Positions 55,200 to 64,000 of a stretch of DNA of 64,000 bases are shown piece after piece; within the stretch, counting starts at the first letter, position 1, and every line of letters starts with the position of its first letter. Under the pieces are notes generated by a model. That model worked only from the letters and a program-made list of their open reading frames with translations. It ran no database searches and was not told where the DNA came from. This DNA is from a virus (taxonomy: Duplodnaviria > Caudoviricetes), in the IMG/VR virus record IMGVR_UViG_3300025372_000639, positions 32,001-96,000 of that record; one strand, given 5' to 3'. Made by a program: the position numbers and the translations under genes.

Positions 55200-56135
55200 A
55201 TGAAAAAGATTTTAGTAACAGGTGGCGCTGGCTTCTTAGGAAGTCATCTCTGCGAACGTTTAGTTAAAGAAGGGCACCATGTACTTTGTGTTGATAATTA
55301 TTTTACAGGTAGTAAAAAGAATATTGAACACCTGCTCGACTATAAAAACTTCGAAGTTATTAGACAAGATATTTGTTTATCATTGTATGTTGAAGTAGAC
55401 GAAATTTATAATCTTGCTTGTCCAGCAAGTCCATATTACTATCAATGGGATCCAATCCAAACGATGAAGACCAGTGTTATTGGTTCTTATAATATGCTAG
55501 GATTAGCAAAACGCACCGGTGCTAAGATTCTACAAGCATCAACTAGTGAATGCTACGGTGATCCAACCGTACATCCACAGCCAGAATCATATTGGGGTAA
55601 TGTAAACCCAATCGGTATTCGTAGTTGCTATGATGAAGGCAAACGTGCCGCAGAAACGTTATTCATGGACTACTATCGCACACACAATGTTAAGGCCAAA
55701 ATTGTCCGTATTTTCAACACATATGGACCTAAAATGTCACAAAATGACGGCAGAGTTGTCAGTAATTTTGTGGTTCAAGCACTACAAGGCAAAGACATTA
55801 CTATCTACGGAGACGGTATGCAAACCCGTAGTTTCTGTTATGTCGATGATCTTTTGGATGCTATGCAGGCACACATGAATCATCCAGATGACAATTTCAT
55901 TGGACCTGTTAACATTGGTAATCCAGGAGAGTTCACCATGTGGGAATTAGCACACAAGGTAATTGAGCTAACTAATAGTAAGAGTCAACTCCTACAGATG
56001 CCTCTTCCTCAAGATGATCCAAAACAACGTCGCCCGGATATTACATTGGCAAAGAAAATGCTCAACTGGGAACCTAAAATTAATTTGGAACAAGGTTTAA
56101 TTAAAACTATAGATTATTTCCGTACCGTGGTATAA
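55200..56135 (+). CDS. UDP-glucuronate decarboxylase (UDP-xylose synthase) family
   Basis: [39 protein letters not shown]. Confidence 0.92.
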   Translation: MKKILVTGGAGFLGSHLCERLVKEGHHVLCVDNYFTGSKKNIEHLLDYKNFEVIRQDICLSLYVEVDEIYNLACPASPYYYQWDPIQTMKTSVIGSYNMLGLAKRTGAKILQASTSECYGDPTVHPQPESYWGNVNPIGIRSCYDEGKRAAETLFMDYYRTHNVKAKIVRIFNTYGPKMSQNDGRVVSNFVVQALQGKDITIYGDGMQTRSFCYVDDLLDAMQAHMNHPDDNFIGPVNIGNPGEFTMWELAHKVIELTNSKSQLLQMPLPQDDPKQRRPDITLAKKMLNWEPKINLEQGLIKTIDYFRTVV

Positions 56136-56953
56136 TGAAATTTAGAATTAATAATAAAGAAACGTTTTTTAATCAATTTGTTGCGTTAAAAATAACGTAT
56201 CTTCTATGCGGCATATACTCTTTAGCAACACTACCTATAGAGTATTGGTACTATCCTATTATAGGTTATGTATGCCTTGCCTCATCTTATATTATTAGTC
56301 ATGCATACTTTGGACACGAACAATATCAAGTTAACAAGATAGGAAAAATTGTACTGGCATTTATAACAACAATCGGTGCAGTTAGTCCTGTTATATTCTG
56401 GAAATCCCTACACTGGTATCATCACACCTATCCTGATACTGAAAAGGATATCCATAGTCCTAAGACAGGATTTTTAAATTCTTTTATTCTATGGTATTAT
56501 AAGGCATCTAGTTTTGATAAAGTCATGGTCGATAAAAGAACCGTTGCTGTATATCTGCGAGCAATGAAGGATCCTGTTATAGCATTTTTCTCAAAATATA
56601 CGGTGGCCATTAACCTTGTCTTTGTTTTAATATTGCTTTTAATAAATTGGCATATTCTAATGTATGTATATTTTGCAGGATATGTCCTCGATCATATCAG
56701 AAGTGGACTTGTTAATTCTGTATGCCATATGAAATTCCCTGGTAATTATAGGAATTTTAATACAAACGATGATAGCCAAAATAATCTATTAATAGGTATA
56801 GTCTCGTTTGGATTTAGTTGGCACAATAACCATCATGCGCTCCCGCAACAATTAGATACAAAAGTAAAATGGTGGGAATGGGATATGCAATATTATTTGG
56901 GCAGATTAATCATGGCAATCTTCCCCGTTGACAAAAATGAAAAACAAGTGTAA
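56135..56953 (+). CDS. membrane fatty-acid desaturase
   Basis: HAYFGH, HWYHH, WHNNHH. Confidence 0.85.
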   Translation: MKFRINNKETFFNQFVALKITYLLCGIYSLATLPIEYWYYPIIGYVCLASSYIISHAYFGHEQYQVNKIGKIVLAFITTIGAVSPVIFWKSLHWYHHTYPDTEKDIHSPKTGFLNSFILWYYKASSFDKVMVDKRTVAVYLRAMKDPVIAFFSKYTVAINLVFVLILLLINWHILMYVYFAGYVLDHIRSGLVNSVCHMKFPGNYRNFNTNDDSQNNLLIGIVSFGFSWHNNHHALPQQLDTKVKWWEWDMQYYLGRLIMAIFPVDKNEKQV

Positions 56954-56962
56954 AATATACAC

Positions 56963-57193
56963 ATGACAACATTCGAAGTAGGCAATATTTTATCGACTCC
57001 GGTATTATCTATATCCGAACCACCAAAAAATAACATTACTTTTAATGTAGGTCCATCGGAAATGTTAAAGGTAACTGAAGATGGATTTTATGTTAAAGGT
57101 GTAAAGGTAGAAGCTGACGAAAAAGAAGCAGCCTCTGTGTACAAGGCTTTTAAAGCATTTTTAGTTTATCATGCACTCACAAGGAATATTTAA
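56963..57193 (+). CDS. hypothetical protein
   Basis: ORF after promoter-like TTGACA..TAAAAT. Confidence 0.5.
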   Translation: MTTFEVGNILSTPVLSISEPPKNNITFNVGPSEMLKVTEDGFYVKGVKVEADEKEAASVYKAFKAFLVYHALTRNI

Positions 57194-57365
57194 TGAGTAA
57201 TTTTCGTAATTGGTACGTTCGCAACCAGGATGTGATCACAGGATTTGTTATTGGTTGGTGTACATTTGCAGGCATCAATGATTTGACCCAGGGACAATAT
57301 ATTTGGGCCGGAGTCAATTTTGTCCTTGCATATCTCAACTACAAACTGCAAGATTTCAGACTGCA

Positions 57366-57536
57366 ATGACAACTTGGACCGTAATCATCGACGAAGCAGA
57401 TGACGGCAGTGGTGATTTAATAATGCCGTTACCTCAAGACCTTCTAGACCTCCAAGGTTGGAAAGAAGGTGATGTGTTAGAATGGATTGACAACAACAAC
57501 GGCACATGGAGCCTCAAGAAAGTTAAAAATGGATAA
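57366..57536 (+). CDS. AbrB-like small protein
   Basis: GDLIMPLP.DLL...GWKEGDVLEW. Confidence 0.6.
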   Translation: MTTWTVIIDEADDGSGDLIMPLPQDLLDLQGWKEGDVLEWIDNNNGTWSLKKVKNG

Positions 57537-57539
57537 AAT

Positions 57540-58571
57540 ATGGTAATAAAACGTCTGGGATTCGCGTGTAAGTGGATTGATCATGCAGGTCAGGTTGACG
57601 GCATCAAACCCAATGACGATGCTAAACAATACAATACCGGCTCCACTACCGTTGCATGGTTAAATAGACAAACAAAAGATGTAGCAGAACAAAAGCTATG
57701 GGACCTAATGGTAGCCAATATCGAGTCTGTTCGAAAACTTATCGATCGTGTAGGAGCACTTGATGAAAATCTTAGAATGGTACGACTCGGTAGCGATATC
57801 CTACCTGTCTATACTCAGTCAGATTGGAGCTGGTTTTGGCGGCTTCCCGATACTAGAGCATATTGCGAAAAAGGATTTAGAGCCGTGGGAGATCTGGCTC
57901 GTGAGAGGGGCGTTAGGCTCTCTTTTCATCCTGGGCAGTTTTGCGTGTTGGCATCTGATAACCCAGATATTGTAGATCGTAGCATAGAGGAGTTTGAATA
58001 TCATGCAGATATGGCCAGGTACATGGGATACGGTAAGTCGTTTCAGGACTTTAAAATCAACGTCCACATTGCGGGTAGAGCCGGTACAGAAGGCGTCCGA
58101 CAAGCCTACAAAAGACTCTCGCCCGAAGCAAGAAATTGTATCACAATCGAAAACGAGGAAATAAGTTATGGCTTGGATGATTGCCTTGAGTTGGCTGATG
58201 TCGTTCCTATCGTATTGGATATTCATCACCATTGGTGTAAGACAGGAGAATACATCTCCGCCATGGACCCCCGTGTTGATCGGGTCATTCAGTCTTGGCG
58301 TGGGGTTCGCCCTACTTGCCACTATTCTGTTAGTCGCGAAGATTGTCTTGTCGGTCATGACCCTATGATTCCACCTAACAAGGCTCAATTGTTACAAGAA
58401 GGTTATAAATTGCAAAAGCTCAGAGCACATTCTAACTTCTACTGGAATACAGCAGTAAATGAATGGGCACTGAGCTTTCTACACAGATTCGATATTATGG
58501 CCGAATCTAAAGCCAAAAATTTAGCCAGCTTTGAACTGGCTAAACAGGCAAAAAGATTAAACCTTATTTGA
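57540..58571 (+). CDS. uvsE: UV-damage endonuclease
   Basis: RLGFAC, RLSFHPGQF.VLAS, IENEE, LDIHHH, M.ESKAK. Confidence 0.9.
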   Translation: MVIKRLGFACKWIDHAGQVDGIKPNDDAKQYNTGSTTVAWLNRQTKDVAEQKLWDLMVANIESVRKLIDRVGALDENLRMVRLGSDILPVYTQSDWSWFWRLPDTRAYCEKGFRAVGDLARERGVRLSFHPGQFCVLASDNPDIVDRSIEEFEYHADMARYMGYGKSFQDFKINVHIAGRAGTEGVRQAYKRLSPEARNCITIENEEISYGLDDCLELADVVPIVLDIHHHWCKTGEYISAMDPRVDRVIQSWRGVRPTCHYSVSREDCLVGHDPMIPPNKAQLLQEGYKLQKLRAHSNFYWNTAVNEWALSFLHRFDIMAESKAKNLASFELAKQAKRLNLI

Positions 58572-58904
58572 TCTAGGTGTCTTTGCTTTAATTGCCGCTG
58601 CCTTTTTAGGGGCGGCTTTTTTTGCGACTGGTTTAGCGGCCGGCTTTTCTGCTTTAGGAGCACGTGGTTTACGTGGCTTCTTAGCAGGAGCTGGTGTTTC
58701 TTCAACATCAGGAGCTAATGATGGAGCTACTGGTGCAACTTCAGGAACAGGTTCTTGAACAACAGGTGTTTCTGGAACTGCTAAAACAGGTGTTTCTACT
58801 TTGTACGGTGCAGCCGTTTCTGGATCAGCTGGTTTGTTATTTCTTGTCTTAACTAACAAATAAGCAAGAGCACCAATGACCACAAGAGCAATAATAAATT
58901 CCAT
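58557..58904 (-). CDS. membrane-anchored Pro/Ala/Lys-rich protein
   Basis: N-terminal TM segment, AAGGA RBS on minus strand. Confidence 0.6.
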   Translation of the reverse strand: MEFIIALVVIGALAYLLVKTRNNKPADPETAAPYKVETPVLAVPETPVVQEPVPEVAPVAPSLAPDVEETPAPAKKPRKPRAPKAEKPAAKPVAKKAAPKKAAAIKAKTPRSNKV

Positions 58905-59035
58905 TTTAAGGATTCCTTTATAAAAATGTGCTTATATTTAAGTCTCACTAAATATCTATATAACAAAAAACGGAGGGCAATTTTACCGCTTTAACTAGGT
59001 AGATAACTACCAACACATTTATTTGGAGTAATGCA

Positions 59036-59260
59036 ATGCCCAACAGCATCCAATCAGCAAACATACTCGTAGATGAGTACGATGCACAAGACGACGAATC
59101 CGCAGAAGATTTTACTTTTATTTTACATTCAGATGGAAGTTTAAAATCTTTTTCAATACCACAGCACTTAATGAGTGATATACCCGAAGAAGCAAAAATG
59201 ATTTTAGAACTATTCGGTATAGACGATGTACAGGAACTAACAAACAGAGTACTACACTAA
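59036..59260 (+). CDS. acidic hypothetical protein
   Basis: GGAG RBS. Confidence 0.55.
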   Translation: MPNSIQSANILVDEYDAQDDESAEDFTFILHSDGSLKSFSIPQHLMSDIPEEAKMILELFGIDDVQELTNRVLH

Positions 59261-59323
59261 CGCCTTTGATAAAACTACTTTTTAAGGTAAATACACGATT
59301 AGCAGTTTTATCAAGGAAGATAC

Positions 59324-60649
59324 ATGCCTTTACGTCCTCCCGAATTCATCAATGGTATTGAATTAGGAACAATTTTATCCGGCGAAAAACATTACATGCC
59401 ACTTACGGCATATGATCCAGATCCTCTGGCAGGTCCTATAATCTATTCTACTAATAGTAGTCTCCCTGGAAACCTACAACTTGACCCAACTACCGGATAC
59501 CTATACGGATATCTATCAACACAAACTGAATATCTAAAACATTACACTATTACCGTTAAAGCAACCAAGCATCAAAGAATAACCAATGCTCAAGTAACTG
59601 CCACAAATACATTTACACTAACGGTTTTAGGAAGGAATCAAAACAAAATATCTTGGGTAACTCCTGCAAATTTAGGAAATATAGAAGAAGGTATTACCAG
59701 CGAGTTATCAGTAGTTGCAACACAAACTAGCGTAACTAGCAATTTAAAATACAAATTAGTTCCAGACAATTCTTTACCGAGAGGTTTGTCGTTATCCACA
59801 TCAACAGGTGATATTATTGGGTACGCAACTACAAGTGGAAACTTTTCTTTTACGGTGCTGGCAAGTACTGCAACATACGGTGATTCGATAATAACTGCTA
59901 CCACTGCAATGTACGCATTTGCTACACAAACATTTAATTTAAATATAATTCCTGTATCAACTGAATACACTAGCATTTATGTAAAACCGTTTTTAACACC
60001 GTCACAGAATCAAGAATGGACTAACTTTATCACTAGCTCTAGCATCTTTCTACCAGAATTACTTTACAGAGCAGACGATCCTGCATTCGGTGTACAAACA
60101 GAATTGAAAATGTTTTTAGAATTTGGAATAGAACGTCTTAATATTGCAGAATATGTTCCAGCACTTGCACAGCATTTTTATATGAGACGCTTAGGATTTG
60201 GATCTGTTAAAACTGCAATTGCCAAAGATAGCAATGGCAATCATGTGTACGATGCAGTTTATGTAGATATTATTGACGATCTCGAAGGAGCAAAATCAGC
60301 AGTTAGTATAAATGGCAACGTTTATTACCCAGGGAGCATAAACAATATGCGTAACGCTTTAGAATCGTTGACTTTAGGTGACGGTTCTACTATCAAAATA
60401 GATCCCAAACATTTACCAAGATTTATGCAAACCGTTCAAAGTGGTTCGCAAAATAACAATGCATACATAAAAGCTGTTATTTTATGCTATACATTACCTG
60501 GACAGGCAACCAAAATTACCAATAGAATACGTGCTTCTAAATTTAACTTCCAAGACATAAACTTTATAATAGATCGTTTGGTTGTTCAAAATAGCCTAGA
60601 TCAAGACGGTGCAACATATTTGGTATTCAACAAACGATCGATAAATTAA
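59324..60649 (+). CDS. putative virion structural protein with Ig-like (He_PIG-type) repeats
   Basis: LPGNLQLDPTTGYLYG and LPRGLSLSTSTGDIIG repeats. Confidence 0.65.
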   Translation: MPLRPPEFINGIELGTILSGEKHYMPLTAYDPDPLAGPIIYSTNSSLPGNLQLDPTTGYLYGYLSTQTEYLKHYTITVKATKHQRITNAQVTATNTFTLTVLGRNQNKISWVTPANLGNIEEGITSELSVVATQTSVTSNLKYKLVPDNSLPRGLSLSTSTGDIIGYATTSGNFSFTVLASTATYGDSIITATTAMYAFATQTFNLNIIPVSTEYTSIYVKPFLTPSQNQEWTNFITSSSIFLPELLYRADDPAFGVQTELKMFLEFGIERLNIAEYVPALAQHFYMRRLGFGSVKTAIAKDSNGNHVYDAVYVDIIDDLEGAKSAVSINGNVYYPGSINNMRNALESLTLGDGSTIKIDPKHLPRFMQTVQSGSQNNNAYIKAVILCYTLPGQATKITNRIRASKFNFQDINFIIDRLVVQNSLDQDGATYLVFNKRSIN

Positions 60650-60712
60650 AAAAATAACAGCAGAATTTATATTGAATAAATAATAGAACGCATAAGTTAT
60701 GGAGTCTTTTAG

Positions 60713-61678
60713 ATGGCATCTACAATCACAAATTTAATCAACACTATTAATGTTGCATTTCCTGTCGCAGGGCAAGACAACGATAGTCAAGGGTTCAGAG
60801 ATAATTTCAACATTATTCAACAATCGCTTCTAGCAACAGAAAGCGAAATTGAAAATATTCAAAATACGGTCAACACATTAGGTGGTAGTGTTTATAGCAC
60901 AGCTACACACATCGTTGCATTACAAGATGTATCTATTGGAACTGCAACAAATGTTGTATTGAGTGTAGATCAAGGTACTGGAGACTTAATTATTACAGGT
61001 GATTCAGCATCGGGAGTTGTAGTAACATTATCCGAACAGGTTACTGCTACGGTTGTAAATGCGTTAACTGATTCTGTAACTAACTCAACTACAGGAACAT
61101 TCGGAGTGCAAGATGTTAAGAACATATTAACAGGTGCAACCGTTTATTTCCAAAGTCAAACACGTACGGTAACTAGCGTAGATCATAGTACAAATTATAT
61201 CACCGTTACTCCAGAATTTACGGTTCCTCCGTTTAGTGTAGGGACTATTTTAACATTCCAAAATCCGTACAATAACCCAGTTGGCAACTTGTATATCACT
61301 GGTGATATCTTTGCTTCAGGAAATATTACCGCGTATGCAGGTGCTCCATCTGATGCAAGACTTAAAGAAAATGTTGTTACCATTACAGATGCACTTTCTA
61401 AAGTCAACTCGATGCGTGGTGTATTTTATGATTGGACTGACAGCTATCTTGAAATGCTTAACTTCTCTCCGTTGTTACCAAAACACGATACAGGCGTTAT
61501 AGCACAAGAAGTACAAGAAGTTGTACCGGAAATTGTTTTCATGAAATCAAACGGTGATTTGGGTGTTAAGTATGAAAAACTTGCTGGATTCTTTATTGAA
61601 GCCATTAAAGAATTAAGTGCAAAAGTTGATACATTACAAGCTCAAGTAAATGCATTAACTACAGGCACCAATGTTTAA
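60713..61678 (+). CDS. tail fibre-type protein with C-terminal intramolecular chaperone (peptidase S74)
   Basis: SDARLKENV, GVIAQEV, IEAIKEL coiled coil. Confidence 0.85.
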   Translation: MASTITNLINTINVAFPVAGQDNDSQGFRDNFNIIQQSLLATESEIENIQNTVNTLGGSVYSTATHIVALQDVSIGTATNVVLSVDQGTGDLIITGDSASGVVVTLSEQVTATVVNALTDSVTNSTTGTFGVQDVKNILTGATVYFQSQTRTVTSVDHSTNYITVTPEFTVPPFSVGTILTFQNPYNNPVGNLYITGDIFASGNITAYAGAPSDARLKENVVTITDALSKVNSMRGVFYDWTDSYLEMLNFSPLLPKHDTGVIAQEVQEVVPEIVFMKSNGDLGVKYEKLAGFFIEAIKELSAKVDTLQAQVNALTTGTNV

Positions 61679-61916
61679 TCCTCTAATTGAAAATATTAGT
61701 AAATTAAAAGACCAAGATCTAGAAAAAAAGATTTTAGATCTTAGTCAAAAATATGGTATGGCATTAAGATTGGGTCAGGGCGGACTAGCACAACAGATCG
61801 TTATTACTTTAGAATCTTATAAAGAAGAATACAGAATTCGTCAAGCTCAATCATTGCAAAAAATACAAGAAAAACAAAAAGACCAAGGAATAGACGATCT
61901 TATAAATGTCAAATGA
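61671..61916 (+). CDS. hypothetical protein
   Basis: coupled ORF. Confidence 0.6.
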   Translation: MFNPLIENISKLKDQDLEKKILDLSQKYGMALRLGQGGLAQQIVITLESYKEEYRIRQAQSLQKIQEKQKDQGIDDLINVK

Positions 61917-62460
61917 TCAAGCACAATTTGTATGGCCTACTACATTTGCCTGTACACTAATTTCAGATAACAACATAATTCCAAACTTATACTCCATAAG
62001 TGTTAGCATAGTTCCTATTGAAAATTCACCAGGCGACATATCTTTAGGTTATAAAAGGTTAAGATACTTTGTCGACGAATACTTAAACCATAGTGTGTTT
62101 ATTTGTAAAGATAATCCACTTGTTCCGTCTTTATCAAACATTAACACCAATTTGGTAATTTTGCCAACTGAACCATACGACTACTTTGTTGGTAGTGTGC
62201 TGTTCACAAAATTTTTAGTAATAACTGAAAAATATTTCCATGTTGACGTTATTACTATTGACAGCTCCGTAGGAGATCATGTAAGCTATACTTTATTAGA
62301 TCCAAATGAATGTGGGTTAGATTTAGATGGCGATCATTGGTGGAATTCAGACTCAACTTATACTGGACATGGTTCAGATACAAGTTGGGGAGAGTTAGTT
62401 GATCAAACAGCGCCTAGATTCGAACCCCGAGTCATCAAAGGCGGAAAAAGTGAAGATTGA
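61906..62460 (+). CDS. hypothetical protein
   Basis: coupled ORF. Confidence 0.65.
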   Translation: MSNDQAQFVWPTTFACTLISDNNIIPNLYSISVSIVPIENSPGDISLGYKRLRYFVDEYLNHSVFICKDNPLVPSLSNINTNLVILPTEPYDYFVGSVLFTKFLVITEKYFHVDVITIDSSVGDHVSYTLLDPNECGLDLDGDHWWNSDSTYTGHGSDTSWGELVDQTAPRFEPRVIKGGKSED

Positions 62461-62983
62461 CAATTACGGTCGAGTATCAATAACAGAACAAGAAGCATTT
62501 GACGCAATATACACAGGTAAACTAAAAAGTTTAGACGGTGTAACAATCGACGGCAATATTGAAAAATATAATCTCGGCCGAACACAAAACGCAGATCGTA
62601 TCCCTACACTTCTTCCTCAAGAAGATCTATCAGAAATCAGTAAAGAATTCTTTGACGAATCTAACCAATGTAATTGGTTCATGCCAAATGATTACTGCCC
62701 AAACTTAGTAGAAATGCTGTACGGCATGTGTACTACTCCGGAGCAAACAGATAGAGTAAGCCAAGAATTAAAATTGTTTATCGAGCACGGAATGTTTGAT
62801 CTACTATTTTATCTCAAATATCTTGTTGATACTATGAGACAAAATAAAATCGTTTGGGGTGTAGGACGTGGCAGTAGTGTAGCAAGTTATGTACTCTTTT
62901 TAATAGGGGTTCATAAAATTGACAGCCTTAAATACAATCTAGATATACACGAATTTCTAAAGGAGAAACAAAATGGTCTATAA
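62450..62983 (+). CDS. dnaE: stand-alone DNA polymerase III alpha fragment
   Basis: R...EL......GVGRGSSVASYVLFLIGVHKIDSLKYNL...FL. Confidence 0.8.
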   Translation: MKIDNYGRVSITEQEAFDAIYTGKLKSLDGVTIDGNIEKYNLGRTQNADRIPTLLPQEDLSEISKEFFDESNQCNWFMPNDYCPNLVEMLYGMCTTPEQTDRVSQELKLFIEHGMFDLLFYLKYLVDTMRQNKIVWGVGRGSSVASYVLFLIGVHKIDSLKYNLDIHEFLKEKQNGL

Positions 62984-63251
62984 AACAATGCAGGGTAAAG
63001 TTATCGATATGGAAAAATTAATGCAACAGAACGAGTTGACACCTGCTGTAGGAAATGCTAAAATGAATGCTAGAGGTGACAAGTTAGGTGCTGGTGGCAA
63101 GATTGTTCAAACTAGAGAAGAAATTGTCGCAGAGTATTACGAAACAAATCCAAAGGCTGCTAAAGCAAATAAAGCACCAGCGGTTCAAACTATCGTAGAA
63201 GAACCTGTTGCACCTGTAAAAAATAAAAATAACCCACAGGGAACTAAATGA
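62973..63251 (+). CDS. hypothetical protein
   Basis: AAGGAG RBS. Confidence 0.65.
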   Translation: MVYKTMQGKVIDMEKLMQQNELTPAVGNAKMNARGDKLGAGGKIVQTREEIVAEYYETNPKAAKANKAPAVQTIVEEPVAPVKNKNNPQGTK

Positions 63252-63589
63252 AAGTTGAAGGAACTATTGTCCCGTTACGCAATATGATTATTGCTAGCGA
63301 TATGGAATTTGGAAACGAAACGTTAAAAAGCGGACTCATAGTCCTAAGCGATAACGGTAAAACTAGAGGTATTCGCCCTCGCTGGTGCAAGGTATTTGCT
63401 GTAGGACCAGAACAAACAGATGTAACAATTGGTCAATGGGTCTGTGTAGAACACGGACGTTGGGGACGGACTATCGAACTTGATGTTGGAGAAGACGATC
63501 CTATTGAACTCAGAGTCATCGATCCTAATGCTGTCATGATGATTGCAGACGAAAAACCAGACGATGTAACTCTTATCAAGAAAGACTAA
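63248..63589 (+). CDS. groES: GroES-like co-chaperonin
   Basis: PLRN, TLKSGLIV, VFAVGP, V.IGQ.V. Confidence 0.75.
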   Translation: MKVEGTIVPLRNMIIASDMEFGNETLKSGLIVLSDNGKTRGIRPRWCKVFAVGPEQTDVTIGQWVCVEHGRWGRTIELDVGEDDPIELRVIDPNAVMMIADEKPDDVTLIKKD

Positions 63590-63590
63590 C

Positions 63591-63830
63591 ATGGGACACA
63601 AGTATCAAGTTGATGTAGCATCAATTGCTGGACAGATCAATGCTGCCGTATATGAGCAGTCCAGTGGCTACAACGACGGATTTATCGGTTGGGGATACAA
63701 ACAAGACCTTTATAGAATCAAATGGATCTTAGATGAAGCCCTTAAAAGATCCCCAACATACTCCGGAGAGCAAGAGTGGATCCGCGAGCAAGAAAAGAAA
63801 CAAGTAATTAAAATCCTGTCCGGAAAATGA
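63591..63830 (+). CDS. hypothetical protein
   Basis: ORF. Confidence 0.5.
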   Translation: MGHKYQVDVASIAGQINAAVYEQSSGYNDGFIGWGYKQDLYRIKWILDEALKRSPTYSGEQEWIREQEKKQVIKILSGK

Positions 63831-64000
63831 AACTATTATACGACGACTACAACGATGTATGGGTGTGGGTCGAAACTAACGACCACAATATTGAACTAAG
63901 TCCAAGATTTGATGAAGAAGAAGATGCTAAATTTTGGATGAGTAGAATTATCAATATAGTGAAGAAAAATGATATTCAATAAAATTAAAGATCTCAAATC

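Noticed and set aside
58557-58904. Histone H1-like protein
   Set aside because: Only low-complexity Lys/Ala/Pro composition behind a TM helix; no family-specific evidence

Overview
A 64-kb, AT-rich segment of what looks like a large tailed (jumbo-type) phage genome; this is inferred from gene content and promoter types. Positions 1.4-22.1 kb hold a cluster of about 27 tRNA genes, 3 atypical tRNA-like RNAs, several long-stem ncRNAs and four free-standing nuclease genes (two HNH, one GIY-YIG, one PD-(D/E)XK). Accessory genes are interleaved among them: most of the window's roughly 17 2OG-Fe(II)/cupin-type oxygenases, plus radical SAM, SGNH-like, QueC, ATP-grasp and RpoZ genes. The rest carries RNA end-healing enzymes, a TROVE/Ro60-like vWA protein (DUF2828-type), desaturases, FolE/QueD, sugar-nucleotide enzymes, ClpP, UvsE, a DnaE fragment, GroES and tail proteins. 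Two candidate systems stand out. (1) A Ro60-like gene is flanked by three RNAs sharing a stem + RTWCAGCAA motif, one containing a canonical Y-RNA bulged-C helix, and the same motif recurs circularly permuted inside the anticodon arm of two tRNA-like RNAs 25 kb upstream. (2) Homing-nuclease cassettes sit inside broken tRNA genes and carry an intact replacement tRNA for the same amino acid. All assignments are by eye from motifs; no database searches or folding programs were run.
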